A DNA stretch of 64,000 nucleotides from assembly GCA_965214975.1 (NCBI GenBank), contig OZ244055.1, positions 1,430,994-1,494,993 of the forward strand, written 5' to 3'. The notes below the pieces were generated by a model. That model made no database searches. It was not told the DNA's origin and worked only from the letters and a program-made list of their open reading frames with translations. Below are positions 51,393 to 60,820 of the stretch, one piece after another (position 1 is the stretch's first letter; every line of letters starts with the position of its first letter). Position numbers and translations under genes: made by a program. The stretch comes from Alphaproteobacteria bacterium. GTDB taxonomy: Bacteria; Pseudomonadota; Alphaproteobacteria; MPNO01; UBA830.

Positions 51393-52223
51393 ATGTCACC
51401 CCAACCGCCCTGGACGGATGACGAGAACGACCTGCTCGTCGCGGACCACTTCGCGATGCTGGCCGACGAGCTCGCCGGACGGAAATTCAGCAAGGCCGGA
51501 CATCGGCGAGAGCTGCAAGAGCGCCTCAGAAGACGTACAGAACCTTCCATCGAGTTCAAGCACCGCAACGTCAGCGCCGTGCTCCAGGGGCTCGGCGAGG
51601 ACTGGATCCGCGGCTACAGGCCCGCCGCCAACTTCCAGGCGACGCTGATCGACGCCGTGGAGAGATGGCTGGCACGCAATCCCGGGTGGCTCGGTCGCCC
51701 GCCGCGGCCTCTTCCCGTCGGCGGCACCGCCCCGCTCCTGTTCGGACACGCCCCGACACTCGGCAACCGGCCGCCGCCGAAGGGGCTCGACCGGACGCTG
51801 GAGGTCGCGCTGAGATTCGACGTGCCGGCCCGGGACGAACGCAACCGCGAGCTGGGTCGCGCCGGCGAGGAACGGGTGCTGCTACACGAACGGGCCGAAC
51901 TGGACCGGGCGGGACGACGCGACCTCGCCGAGCGGGTGCGGTGGGTGTCCGTCGAGGACGGCGACGGCGCCGGCTTCGACATCGAGAGTTTCACGGAGGA
52001 CGGACGGGCGCGCCTGATCGAGGTGAAGACGACCAACGGCTGGGAGCGCACGCCCTTCCACATCACGAGCAACGAGCTGGCCGTCGCCGACAGGCGGCCG
52101 GGAGAGTGGCTCCTGACCAGAGTGTGGAACTTTTCCCGGGAACCGCGCGCGTTCGACCTGAGGCCGCCTCTCGAGACGCACGTGTCCCTGACGCCGACGA
52201 CCTTCCGGGCGGAGTTCGGATGA
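51393..52223 (+). CDS. DUF3883 domain protein (restriction-endonuclease-like PD-(D/E)xK fold), 276 aa
   Basis: C-terminal GRAGEERV...GFDIESF...RLIEVKTT...FHITSNE...YLLTRVW matches the DUF3883 (NO VEIN C-terminal) pattern with a D...E.K catalytic-like triad. The N-terminal ~150 aa are unassigned. Confidence 0.55.
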   Translation: MSPQPPWTDDENDLLVADHFAMLADELAGRKFSKAGHRRELQERLRRRTEPSIEFKHRNVSAVLQGLGEDWIRGYRPAANFQATLIDAVERWLARNPGWLGRPPRPLPVGGTAPLLFGHAPTLGNRPPPKGLDRTLEVALRFDVPARDERNRELGRAGEERVLLHERAELDRAGRRDLAERVRWVSVEDGDGAGFDIESFTEDGRARLIEVKTTNGWERTPFHITSNELAVADRRPGEWLLTRVWNFSREPRAFDLRPPLETHVSLTPTTFRAEFG

Positions 52224-52292
52224 GCCGGCTCCGCCGCGTTTCCGCCCGACGAAGCCCCCTCTCCGCCGCCCGCGGTTCCGGCGGCGTCCCGG

Positions 52293-53309
52293 TCAGGCGC
52301 CGAACGTGAAACGGCTTCCGAGATTGGAGCCGACCAGACGGTCGGGCATGCGACGCCTCATGGACTCGATGAAACCCTGCCCCGTGCAGTGCATCGGGAT
52401 GACGACGTCGGGGCCGAGCGCCTCGAGCTCGTCGACCGTGTGCTCGATGTAGCCGGGCCTGGAGGTCGTCAGGTGGAACCCTCCCACGACCGCGTGAAGC
52501 CGGTCGGTGCCGGCCACCTGCATCGCGCTCTTCACCGAATTGACGATTCCCGCATGCCCGCAGGACGAGATCACGACCAGCCCCTTGCCGCGCACGAGAT
52601 AGCAGGTCGCGTGCTCCTCCGGATGGCTGTCGTGCACCAGCTCGCCGCGCCGCTCGGCTTCGGAGAAATGGTCCGGAACCTCGAGCATCGATCCGCCCGT
52701 GACCTCCTCGAACGAATCGCGCGCGATGTAGCCCGTGGTGAACGCCCCGTCGAGCGCCTGCGGCTCGTGGCAGCACGTCGGCGTCACCGCCTGCGCCGTG
52801 AGCGCGGTGCGGTCGGGAGCGCCCCAGCACACCATCTCCGGCTCGGCGCCGGGGCGGGGCACGGCCCGGACCCAGCGGACGTGGAACGCTTCCTCGGCGC
52901 CGACGAACAGCTGGAGATCCTCGCGCATCCCGACGCGGTGCCGCTCGACGAAACCGTGCAGGCCGCCGTAGTGGTCGCGGTGGCCGTGGCTCAGGATGAG
53001 CCCGTTGAGCCGTCCGGGATCGACGTCGAGCAGGTCGAAATTGCGGTTCAGGATCTCCGGCGTGTAGCCGAAGTCCAGCAGATACCCAGCCCTGTCGCCG
53101 CGGGACGACGATTCGAGGTGCAGGGACAGCCCCCATTCCCCAGCGAGCGTGCTCATCTGCCGGCCGGGAATGGCGCCCACGTGCTCGATGGCGACATGCG
53201 GATGGGCGGCTTTCGGCAGAAACCGCTCGTAATGGGAATCGACCACCACCCGGATCGACAGGCGGTCGACCACGGGCGCGGCGAACGGCGACTGGCGGCG
53301 CGCGCTCAT
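52293..53309 (-). CDS. MBL-fold metallo-hydrolase, 338 aa
   Basis: HxHxDH motif ILSHGHRDHYGG, plus downstream His/Asp ligands (SCGHAG, MHCTG). Confidence 0.75.
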   Translation of the reverse strand: MSARRQSPFAAPVVDRLSIRVVVDSHYERFLPKAAHPHVAIEHVGAIPGRQMSTLAGEWGLSLHLESSSRGDRAGYLLDFGYTPEILNRNFDLLDVDPGRLNGLILSHGHRDHYGGLHGFVERHRVGMREDLQLFVGAEEAFHVRWVRAVPRPGAEPEMVCWGAPDRTALTAQAVTPTCCHEPQALDGAFTTGYIARDSFEEVTGGSMLEVPDHFSEAERRGELVHDSHPEEHATCYLVRGKGLVVISSCGHAGIVNSVKSAMQVAGTDRLHAVVGGFHLTTSRPGYIEHTVDELEALGPDVVIPMHCTGQGFIESMRRRMPDRLVGSNLGSRFTFGA

Positions 53310-53370
53310 CGCGTCCCCGCCTCCCTTCGCGCCGGGCGGATCCCGCGGCGGCTCGACGGCCCGACGCCCG

Positions 53371-54549
53371 TCAAACCACGCCGTCCCTGCGCAGGGCCGC
53401 GATCTCGTCGGCGCCGCGGCCGAGTTCGGAGAGGAGGTCGTCCGTGTGCTCGCCGAGAAGCGGCGCCGGCTCCAGACGCTGGTCGTCCCGCGCCCCGTCG
53501 TACCAGACCGCCCGGCGGGCGAAGCGCTGGCGGCCCTTTTCCGGCCGCTCGACCTCGGCGAACGTGCCGAGATGGCCGACCTGGGGATCCTCCAGGACGT
53601 CTTCGAGGGAATTGATGGGCGCGTAGGGCACGTCGTTGGCCTCCAGCCGTTCTGCCCAATGCGCGCGCGGGCGCGTCGCCGCCGCCGCCTTGAACTCCGC
53701 GTCGAGTTCGAGATAGTGCTCGGTTCTCAGCATGCGTTCGCGGAAACGGGCGTCCTCGCGCAGGCGCTCGAGGCCGAAAGCGGCGGTGACGCCGAGCCAG
53801 AACTTCTCGGGCGACGAAAGGTGCACCGCGAGGAGCCTGCCGTCCTGGCAGGCCATCCCGTAGGACTGCGAGGCGCTGACGCGGGCCAGCGGCCCCGGCC
53901 TGGTTCCCTGCAGGATCATGTTGGCGAACGGGTCCGGAACGAACCCGATCGCGCTTTCGAGCATGTTCACGTCGACGCGCCTCGGCGGCCCCCCGCGCTC
54001 GCGCTCGAACAGGGCGCCGAGAATCCCGTAGCAGGCGTTGATCCCCGTCACGTTGTCCGCGATCGTCGGGCCCGTGATCCGCGGCTCCTCGGGATCGACG
54101 AACAGGCCGGTGATGCCGGACAGCGACTGCGCCACCGCGTCGTAGGCCGGACGGCGGTCGTAGGGGCCGTCCTTGCCGAAACCCGTGATCGAGCAGTAGA
54201 TCAGCCGCGGGTTCCGCGCCCTCAGGGCGTCGAGGGAAAGCCCGAGACGGTCCATCACCCCGGGACGGAAGTTCTCGACCAGCACGTCGGCGCGTTCCGC
54301 CAGCTCGAGGACGATCTCCCGCCCCTCCCCGCGCTGGAGGTCGAGAGTAATCGAGCGCTTGTTGCGGTTGTAGGCGGTGAACTGGGCCGAATAGGTGCCG
54401 CCGCGCCACGAGCGGAACATGTCGCCGCCGTCGCGCCTCTCGACCTTGACGACGCCGGCGCCGAGATCGCCCAGCATCTGGCCGCACAGCGACCCGGTGA
54501 TCATGGTCGTCAGCTCGAGGACGTGCACCCCTTCGAGAGGCCCCGGCAC
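53371..54549 (-). CDS. CoA-transferase family III (CaiB/BaiF) protein, 392 aa, GTG start
   Basis: GPLEGVHVLELT N-terminus and the NRNKRS and CSITGFGKDGP blocks. SD AAGGGG at 7 nt before GTG 54549, 11 nt after the upstream oxygenase stop. Confidence 0.8.
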   Translation of the reverse strand: MPGPLEGVHVLELTTMITGSLCGQMLGDLGAGVVKVERRDGGDMFRSWRGGTYSAQFTAYNRNKRSITLDLQRGEGREIVLELAERADVLVENFRPGVMDRLGLSLDALRARNPRLIYCSITGFGKDGPYDRRPAYDAVAQSLSGITGLFVDPEEPRITGPTIADNVTGINACYGILGALFERERGGPPRRVDVNMLESAIGFVPDPFANMILQGTRPGPLARVSASQSYGMACQDGRLLAVHLSSPEKFWLGVTAAFGLERLREDARFRERMLRTEHYLELDAEFKAAAATRPRAHWAERLEANDVPYAPINSLEDVLEDPQVGHLGTFAEVERPEKGRQRFARRAVWYDGARDDQRLEPAPLLGEHTDDLLSELGRGADEIAALRRDGVV

Positions 54550-54560
54550 CGCGCGCCCCT

Positions 54561-55601
54561 TCAGCCTGCCGCCCGCTCGGCGGCGATCAGCTCGTCGAGC
54601 ATCTTCCGCGCAAGGATGTTGGGGGCGTCGGCGTTGACGTCGATCTCTCGCGCGCCGGGCATGCGGCTCATGCGCTCCTGCTGGGCCTCGAGCACGACCC
54701 TGTCCTCGTCGAAGACCTCGGTGAACTGGGTGCGGTAGATCTCGTCCCACTCCTCCGAATCGACCTTGAAGTGGCGGGCGTGCGCGTAGAAGTAGTGCGT
54801 CGTCGTCTCGGTTTCCGGGGTCGGCACGTTCATGACCTTCATCTCGACGCCGTTGGCCTCGTCGGCCTCGCCGGGCGCGATTCCGGACCCGACCTCGACC
54901 GACCCCGCGTCGTTGACGATGTAGCACGGAAGATCCGAGGTCGTGATGATCCAGCGGTCCACGTTGCCCGCGAACCCGCCGGCCTTGCTGTAGAACGGCG
55001 CCGGCGGGCGGTCGAGCACCAGGCGCGTCATCACGGCGCGGCGCTCGAAGCGTTCCGTCTTCACGGGAAAGTCGACGATGTCGGAATTGCCGATCGACGA
55101 CGTGTGGACGTAGGAAAGGTGGGTGATGTCGAACAGGTTGTCCGAGATCAGCATGTAGTTCGCCTTGACGTGCATGGGCGTGCCGCCGCGCCCCGGAACC
55201 GTCTTCCACGCGGGGCTGTCGCACCACCACCAGTCCGGCAGCAGGGCCTTGTCGGCCTTCGAGGGATCCCCGGTCCAGATCCACACCCATCCGTAGCGCC
55301 GGGCCACCGGATAGGACCGGACTTCCGCTCCCGGGGGAATCCTCGACTGGCCGGGCACCTTCGCGCAGGCCCCGGTTCCGTCGAACTCGAGCCCGTGGTA
55401 GCCGCATCGGATCCGGTCGCCGACCACGGTCCCGAGCGACAGCGGCAGCGCGCGGTGGCAGCAGCGGTCCTCGAGCGCGACGATGTCGCCCGACGCCGTG
55501 CGGAAAAGCGCGACGGGATCGTTCAGGATCGTGCGCGGGAGCGGCTCCTCCCCGATCTCGCTCTCCCAGGCGGCGACGTACCAGGCGTTCCGGAGAAACA
55601 T
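54561..55601 (-). CDS. Rieske non-heme iron oxygenase alpha subunit, VanA / phthalate-family-like, ~346 aa
   Basis: Rieske CCHRALPLSLG...CGYHGLEFD. Mononuclear Fe site DNLFDITHLSYVH. N-terminus MFLRNAWYVAAWESE is typical of VanA-like oxygenases. Start taken at ATG 55601 (alternative 55682). Confidence 0.75.
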   Translation of the reverse strand: MFLRNAWYVAAWESEIGEEPLPRTILNDPVALFRTASGDIVALEDRCCHRALPLSLGTVVGDRIRCGYHGLEFDGTGACAKVPGQSRIPPGAEVRSYPVARRYGWVWIWTGDPSKADKALLPDWWWCDSPAWKTVPGRGGTPMHVKANYMLISDNLFDITHLSYVHTSSIGNSDIVDFPVKTERFERRAVMTRLVLDRPPAPFYSKAGGFAGNVDRWIITTSDLPCYIVNDAGSVEVGSGIAPGEADEANGVEMKVMNVPTPETETTTHYFYAHARHFKVDSEEWDEIYRTQFTEVFDEDRVVLEAQQERMSRMPGAREIDVNADAPNILARKMLDELIAAERAAG

Positions 55602-55733
55602 CTCGCTCACCCGTCCCGTCGAGACGAAAGCGGTGCCGTCGGGCACCCCGGAACCCGCATCATAGTGCGGCCGGTCCGCCATGCAATCGCGCGGGCGCCG
55701 GCCGGCGCGGGAGACGGGCCTCTCCGCCCCGTT

Positions 55734-56489
55734 CTATCCGAAGGCCGCGCCGCCGTTGACGTTGACGTTCTCGCCCGTGACGAAGCCGGCGTCGTCCGAC
55801 AGCAGCCAGACCGCGGCCGCGGCCGGCTCCTCGGGCCGCGAGATGCGCCCGAGCGCGGCCCGCGCCGCGGCGTCGGCCTTGGCGGCGGCGCTGTAGCCGG
55901 CGGTCATCGCGGTCTCGACCACGCCGGGGCTGAGCGCGTTGACCCGGATGCCGTGACTCCCCCAGACCCTGGCGAGACAGCGCACGAGCACCAGGACGCC
56001 GCCCTTGGAGGTCGTGTAGGCCGGACCGCCCCGCCCCTGTTCGCCGGCGCCGCCCATGAGAACCCCGCCCGAGGCGGTCAGCACCATGGCGCCGCGGTTC
56101 CGGCCCCCGATCATGGCCTTCGCGGCGGCCTTCGCCATCAGGAACGACCCGGTCACGTTGACCGAGAGAATGCGGTTGAACTCCTCGGCGTCCGACTCCT
56201 CCCAGTTCAGCTGCGAATGCTCGGCCGCGAAATGCGCCAGCCCGTCGAGGCCGCCGAACGCCGAGGTCGCCGCCGCGCTCGCGCGTTCGGCGGTTTCCGG
56301 CAACGCGACGTCGCCGGCGACGAAGGCGAGCGCCGAGGTTCCGCCGCCGTGACGGGATTCGAGCGCGCCCCGGTCGAGGTCGACGGCCACGACGCGGTTT
56401 CCCTCCGCGAGCAGCCGCTCGACGCAGGCACCCCCGATGCCGCCCGCGGCTCCGGTGACGATGAAGGTTCGGTCGGTCAGTGAAGCCAT
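55734..56489 (-). CDS. SDR family oxidoreductase, 251 aa
   Basis: TGAAGGIG cofactor motif and YTTSKGGV catalytic YxxxK. Confidence 0.8.
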   Translation of the reverse strand: MASLTDRTFIVTGAAGGIGGACVERLLAEGNRVVAVDLDRGALESRHGGGTSALAFVAGDVALPETAERASAAATSAFGGLDGLAHFAAEHSQLNWEESDAEEFNRILSVNVTGSFLMAKAAAKAMIGGRNRGAMVLTASGGVLMGGAGEQGRGGPAYTTSKGGVLVLVRCLARVWGSHGIRVNALSPGVVETAMTAGYSAAAKADAAARAALGRISRPEEPAAAAVWLLSDDAGFVTGENVNVNGGAAFG

Positions 56490-56492
56490 TCC

Positions 56493-57377
56493 CTATTCGT
56501 CCCTGGACAGGGTGACGATCGCGATGCCGGTCACGATCAGGACGATACCGGCCGCGAGCGACCAGGTCAGCGTCTCGCCGAGAAAAAGGACGCTGATGAC
56601 GAGCGCCACCACCGGCACGCCGAGAAAGCCGACCGTCGAGACCGCGGAGGGCAGGTTCCTGATGGCCGTGGTCACGCCCCAGTTCCCGAGGCCGCTCGCG
56701 ACGATCCCGGAATAGAGATAGAGCCACAATGCGGTTTCGGTCAACTCGAACCCGGGAAGCCCCTCGAACGCCAGCGCGGCGCAGGTCGCCACCGCGCAGG
56801 CCACGAGAAGGAAGAACGGCACCAGCTGCAGCGTGTCCGAAACCTGCCTGTGAACCCGCATGTGGAGGATCACCCCGGACCACAGGATGACGCAGAACAC
56901 GATCATGCCGTTGCCGAGGAGAACCCCGCGATCCGTCCAGTCCAGTTCCAGCGGGTTGAACAGGGCCAGGAAACCGGCCACGGCCGCGAGCAGGCCCGCA
57001 AGGCGAAGCGGCGTCAGCCGCTCTCCCAGGAACAGCGCCGCCGCGGGAGTGACGAAGATCGCCGTCGTGTAGCCGAGGATCGTGGCGCGGCCGGCGTGGA
57101 CGTGTTGCAGCGCGCTCTGGAACACCGACGAGTAGACACCGAACATCAGGCCGCCGACGCTCAGCACGATGGGAATGTCGGCCCGCGCAGGCAGCCGCAG
57201 ACGGCCGCAGACGGCGAGCAGCAGGGCGACGAAAAGGCCGCCGATGGCGAACCTGCCGGCCGTGAACCACAGCGGCGGCACGTGAGCGATCGCGAACTTG
57301 CCGGCGGTCCACAGCGTCCCGAAACAGAACACCGTCAGCGCCAGCGCCAGAAGCCCGAGTCTGCGGTTCTCGGTCAT
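56493..57377 (-). CDS. DMT superfamily (EamA-like) transporter, 294 aa
   Basis: Ten predicted TM helices arranged as two EamA repeats. Confidence 0.7.
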   Translation of the reverse strand: MTENRRLGLLALALTVFCFGTLWTAGKFAIAHVPPLWFTAGRFAIGGLFVALLLAVCGRLRLPARADIPIVLSVGGLMFGVYSSVFQSALQHVHAGRATILGYTTAIFVTPAAALFLGERLTPLRLAGLLAAVAGFLALFNPLELDWTDRGVLLGNGMIVFCVILWSGVILHMRVHRQVSDTLQLVPFFLLVACAVATCAALAFEGLPGFELTETALWLYLYSGIVASGLGNWGVTTAIRNLPSAVSTVGFLGVPVVALVISVLFLGETLTWSLAAGIVLIVTGIAIVTLSRDE

Positions 57378-58037
57378 CGACGGCCATGGAACGCGGTGGC
57401 GGCGCCCGTCACGCGCCGCCGCCCCGGCGCGAGCGCCGGCCCGACGGCCGGTCCGGCACGTGACGGAATCCCGGACGGGGACGACGCGACGACGCGTCCG
57501 CGCCGCCTTCGGTCAGGACGGCGAAGCTGTTCCCGGCGAGCGCCCCCGGAAATCACGCCGACGCGGTCTCGAACGCCGCGGCGTTGCGCTTCCCGGAATC
57601 GAACCCGGCTCCGGCGCAACGGATCCGCGGGCCGCGTTCCCGGCAATTTGCCGCATGGCTCCTCTGGCGCGGCTTCCTCATCGCGTCGCCCTCTCCGGCA
57701 GGCCCCGGCACCTTGAACCCGGACGGCGACGCGCGCCGCCCCCGGTCCGTCGCGTCCTCCACCCGCGCGTCGAGACCCGACCCGATGCGGGCATGCCGGA
57801 AGCGCGCCGCCCGGCGGCGGCCACCGCAAGCGCCAGCGTGTCAGGCGCGACGCCCGCCATCGTAGCAGAACGCCGGATCGCGGCGCGGCGCGGTTGCGCG
57901 GCAACCCTCCGCCGGAGACCGGGAACCCGGCGCGCGGACAAGCCGGAACGCGAGCGACCGCGACGGGCCGGTCCGGGGCGTCGCGGATGCGCCGGTTCCG
58001 GCGACGGCCCGGCGAACGCGGCGCCGTTGCCGACCGC

Positions 58038-59312
58038 CTAGTTGATGTGGCGGGTCAGGAACAGGGACAGTTCCGGAACGTAGGTCACGATCAGCAGGGC
58101 GACGATGTTGATGAAGATGAACGGGACCAGCCCCGGATAGATGCTCGTCAGCGGAACCTTGAAGAGCGCCTGCGTCACGAAGATGTTGAGGCCGAACGGC
58201 GGCGTGAACATCCCGATCGCGAGATTGACCGTCATGATGATCCCGAAATGAATCAGGTCCACGCCCATCGCCGCCGCGATCGGCGCCAGCAGCGGCGTGA
58301 GCACGAGAATCGCCGAACCCGGATCGAGAAGGCAGCCCACGAAGAGCAGGAAGACGTTGATCACGAGCAGCACCATCCACGGCTCGAGGTGCATCTCCTG
58401 GATCGTCGCCACCGCGCTCTGCGGAATCCCGCTTATGGTGAGAAGCTGGGAGAACACGCCGGCCGCGGCGACGATGATCAGGACCTGGGCGGTCAGGTAC
58501 ATCGAGTTGACGGAAACGTCCCAGATGCCCTTCCAGTCGATGTCCCCGTAGACGAAGCGGGTGACGACGACGGCGTAGACGCAGGCGATGCCCGCGGATT
58601 CGGTGGGCGAGAACACGCCGGCGTAGATGCCGCCGAGGATGATGATCGGCGTGCCAAGCGCCCAGATCCCGTCCCTGCTGGCGCGCAGGAACTCGCGCGC
58701 GGAGAAGCCCCGGGACTCGCGGATGCCGCGGCGGACGGCGAAGGCGTAGATGTAGGCCGCCATGAGCGCCGCCATGATCAGCCCGGGCACGATGCCCGCG
58801 ACGAACAGCAGCGCGACCGACTGCTCCGCCGACGCCCCGTAGAGGATCATGCCGATCGACGGCGGGATGACGATGGCGATGGCTCCCGAGGAGGCGAGGA
58901 GGCCGGAGGAGAAGCGCTCGTCGTAGCCGGCGTCGCGGAGCGGGCCGTAGAGCAGCCGGCCCACGGCCGCCACGGTCGCGGGGCTCGAGCCGGATATGGC
59001 GCCGAACACCGTGCAGGTGCCCACGGTGGTGAGCGCGAGGCTGCCGCGCACGCCGCCGATGACCGAAAGCACCCAGGCGACGATCCGCTTGGAGATGCCG
59101 CCGTGCCCCATCAGTTCGCCGGCGAAGATGAAGAACGGCACGGCCATGAGCGCGAACTTGTCGACGCTGCCGAACATGTTGATGTGGACGGCCGTCGCCG
59201 GCACCGGGGAGAAGAGCAGCAGGACGATCGCGGCCGTGGCCAGCAGAATCACGAAGATGGGGAAGCCCAGCAACAGCAGGATCACCGGGACGATCGCCAT
59301 GACCCATTCCAT
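58038..59312 (-). CDS. dctM: TRAP transporter large permease, DctM family, 424 aa
   Basis: SD GGAGGAAG before ATG 59312. 12-TM DctM layout with conserved PFFIFAGELM and GGIYAGVFSPTE blocks. Confidence 0.85.
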   Translation of the reverse strand: MEWVMAIVPVILLLLGFPIFVILLATAAIVLLLFSPVPATAVHINMFGSVDKFALMAVPFFIFAGELMGHGGISKRIVAWVLSVIGGVRGSLALTTVGTCTVFGAISGSSPATVAAVGRLLYGPLRDAGYDERFSSGLLASSGAIAIVIPPSIGMILYGASAEQSVALLFVAGIVPGLIMAALMAAYIYAFAVRRGIRESRGFSAREFLRASRDGIWALGTPIIILGGIYAGVFSPTESAGIACVYAVVVTRFVYGDIDWKGIWDVSVNSMYLTAQVLIIVAAAGVFSQLLTISGIPQSAVATIQEMHLEPWMVLLVINVFLLFVGCLLDPGSAILVLTPLLAPIAAAMGVDLIHFGIIMTVNLAIGMFTPPFGLNIFVTQALFKVPLTSIYPGLVPFIFINIVALLIVTYVPELSLFLTRHIN

Positions 59313-59347
59313 GAGAACTTCCTCCGCGCTCGCCGGGGCCGGGGCGC

Positions 59348-59908
59348 CTAGCGGCCCGGGGAGCCGTCGTCGGCGCCGTACTCCTCGACCAGATCGGCGA
59401 CCTCGCTGGAGAGCTCGCCCCTGACGTGGGCCCGGAACCGGACCGCGACGGCGACGAAGACGAGGACGAAGCCGAGCAGCAGGGCGAAATGCGGAATGAC
59501 CATGGGGATCTCGGCCACCACGCTGCGCTGGTCGTTGTCCCACATCAGCTCGACCACCTCCCAGCTCTGGGGGATGACGAAGACGCAGATCGCGAGAACC
59601 GAGACCGTGGCCACGAAGTTGATGATCTCCTTCCACGGGGACGGGAGCATGATCGAGAAGAAGTCCATCTTGAGATGCTGGCCCTCGAACGAGACCAGGA
59701 CCGAGCCGATGAACACGGTCCAGACCATGATGTAGATCATGATCTCCTCGGCCCAGATGATCGGTTCCAGGAACACGTAGCGCCCGATCACGTTCGCGAA
59801 ATTGATCGCGATCCCGGCCAGGATGACGACCCCGATGATGATTCTCGGAACCGTGACGATCGCGTGCCAGACCGGCACCGGCACGTCGCCCTTTCGGCCT
59901 GCCGACAT
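59348..59908 (-). CDS. dctQ: TRAP transporter small permease, DctQ family, 186 aa
   Basis: Four TM helices and size typical of DctQ. Lies immediately upstream of dctM; SD GGAGGAGA before ATG 59908. Confidence 0.7.
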   Translation of the reverse strand: MSAGRKGDVPVPVWHAIVTVPRIIIGVVILAGIAINFANVIGRYVFLEPIIWAEEIMIYIMVWTVFIGSVLVSFEGQHLKMDFFSIMLPSPWKEIINFVATVSVLAICVFVIPQSWEVVELMWDNDQRSVVAEIPMVIPHFALLLGFVLVFVAVAVRFRAHVRGELSSEVADLVEEYGADDGSPGR

Positions 59909-60086
59909 CCGTCTCCTCCGCCCCTCGACGACGCTCCGCCTCCCGCCGGTCTGTCTAGTGGAAAACCCCGCGGCTGTCCAACCGGCCGGACCGGGCGCGG
60001 AATCCGGGACGGGGCGGAGCGTGTTGGCCGCCGCGAGGCCCCGGCGTATCATGGCCGGAGAAACGTCCGCGCACGGAGACGGAGAC

Positions 60087-60800
60087 ATGCCGCACCCATT
60101 CGAGATGCCCCGGGAGCACGTCGAGCGCGTCGTCGCCCGCCAGGGGCGAGAGCACACCTGCGAGATCTTCGACACCCGCAGGACGGCGCTGGTGGTCGTC
60201 GACATGCAGAACTACTTCATGGACGAGAGCCAGCAGGCCGGCTGCCCCGTGGGCCAGACCGTCGTCGACAACGTGAACCGCATCGCCGACACCGTCCGGC
60301 GCACCGGCGGGATCGTCGTCTGGATCCAGAACATGGCCCCGGCCGACACGCCGGCGTCCTGGAAGACCGCCCACGAGCGCAACCTCCCGGACAAGGGCGA
60401 CCTCCGCATCAGGTCGATGACTCCCGGCGCCTGGCCGTTCGAGCTGTGGCCGGCCCTCGACGTGCGCGAGGAGGACCGCCGCGTCGTCAAGCGCCGCTAC
60501 AGCGCCTTCATCCAGGGATCCTCGGACATCGAGCTCGTGCTCAGGGACCACGGCATCGAGAACGTCCTGATCTGCGGCGTGGCGACCAACGTCTGCTGCG
60601 AATCCACGGCCCGCGACGCGATGATGCTCAACTACCGGACCCTGATGGTTTCCGACGGCTGCGCGACGGCCACAGACGAGGAGCACGCCGGCGCCCTCAA
60701 GGCCTTCTACCTGCATTTCGGGGACGTCCAGGCGACCGACGAGCTGTGCGCCCGTCTCGAGGCGTCCGCCCGTCGCAACGCGCCGGCGGCCGCCGGATGA
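60087..60800 (+). CDS. Isochorismatase-family cysteine hydrolase, 237 aa
   Basis: Catalytic triad context: ALVVVDMQNYF (Asp), K in the RRYSAFIQG region, and LICGVATNVCCESTARDA (Cys nucleophile). Confidence 0.75.
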   Translation: MPHPFEMPREHVERVVARQGREHTCEIFDTRRTALVVVDMQNYFMDESQQAGCPVGQTVVDNVNRIADTVRRTGGIVVWIQNMAPADTPASWKTAHERNLPDKGDLRIRSMTPGAWPFELWPALDVREEDRRVVKRRYSAFIQGSSDIELVLRDHGIENVLICGVATNVCCESTARDAMMLNYRTLMVSDGCATATDEEHAGALKAFYLHFGDVQATDELCARLEASARRNAPAAAG

Positions 60801-60820
60801 CCGCCTGAGGGAGACCCGCC

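Noticed and set aside
57584-57619. Possible tRNA gene on the minus strand (contains GGTTCGATTCC)
   Set aside because: No D-arm or anticodon arm can be drawn, and the hairpin loop is 6-8 nt with a non-canonical closing pair. At most it is a tRNA remnant, and it is reported only as a low-interest observation.
58038-60205. A dctP solute-binding-protein gene next to dctQM
   Set aside because: No periplasmic-binding-protein-like ORF with a signal peptide exists within 2 kb on either side; the flanking ORFs are an isochorismatase and junk frames.
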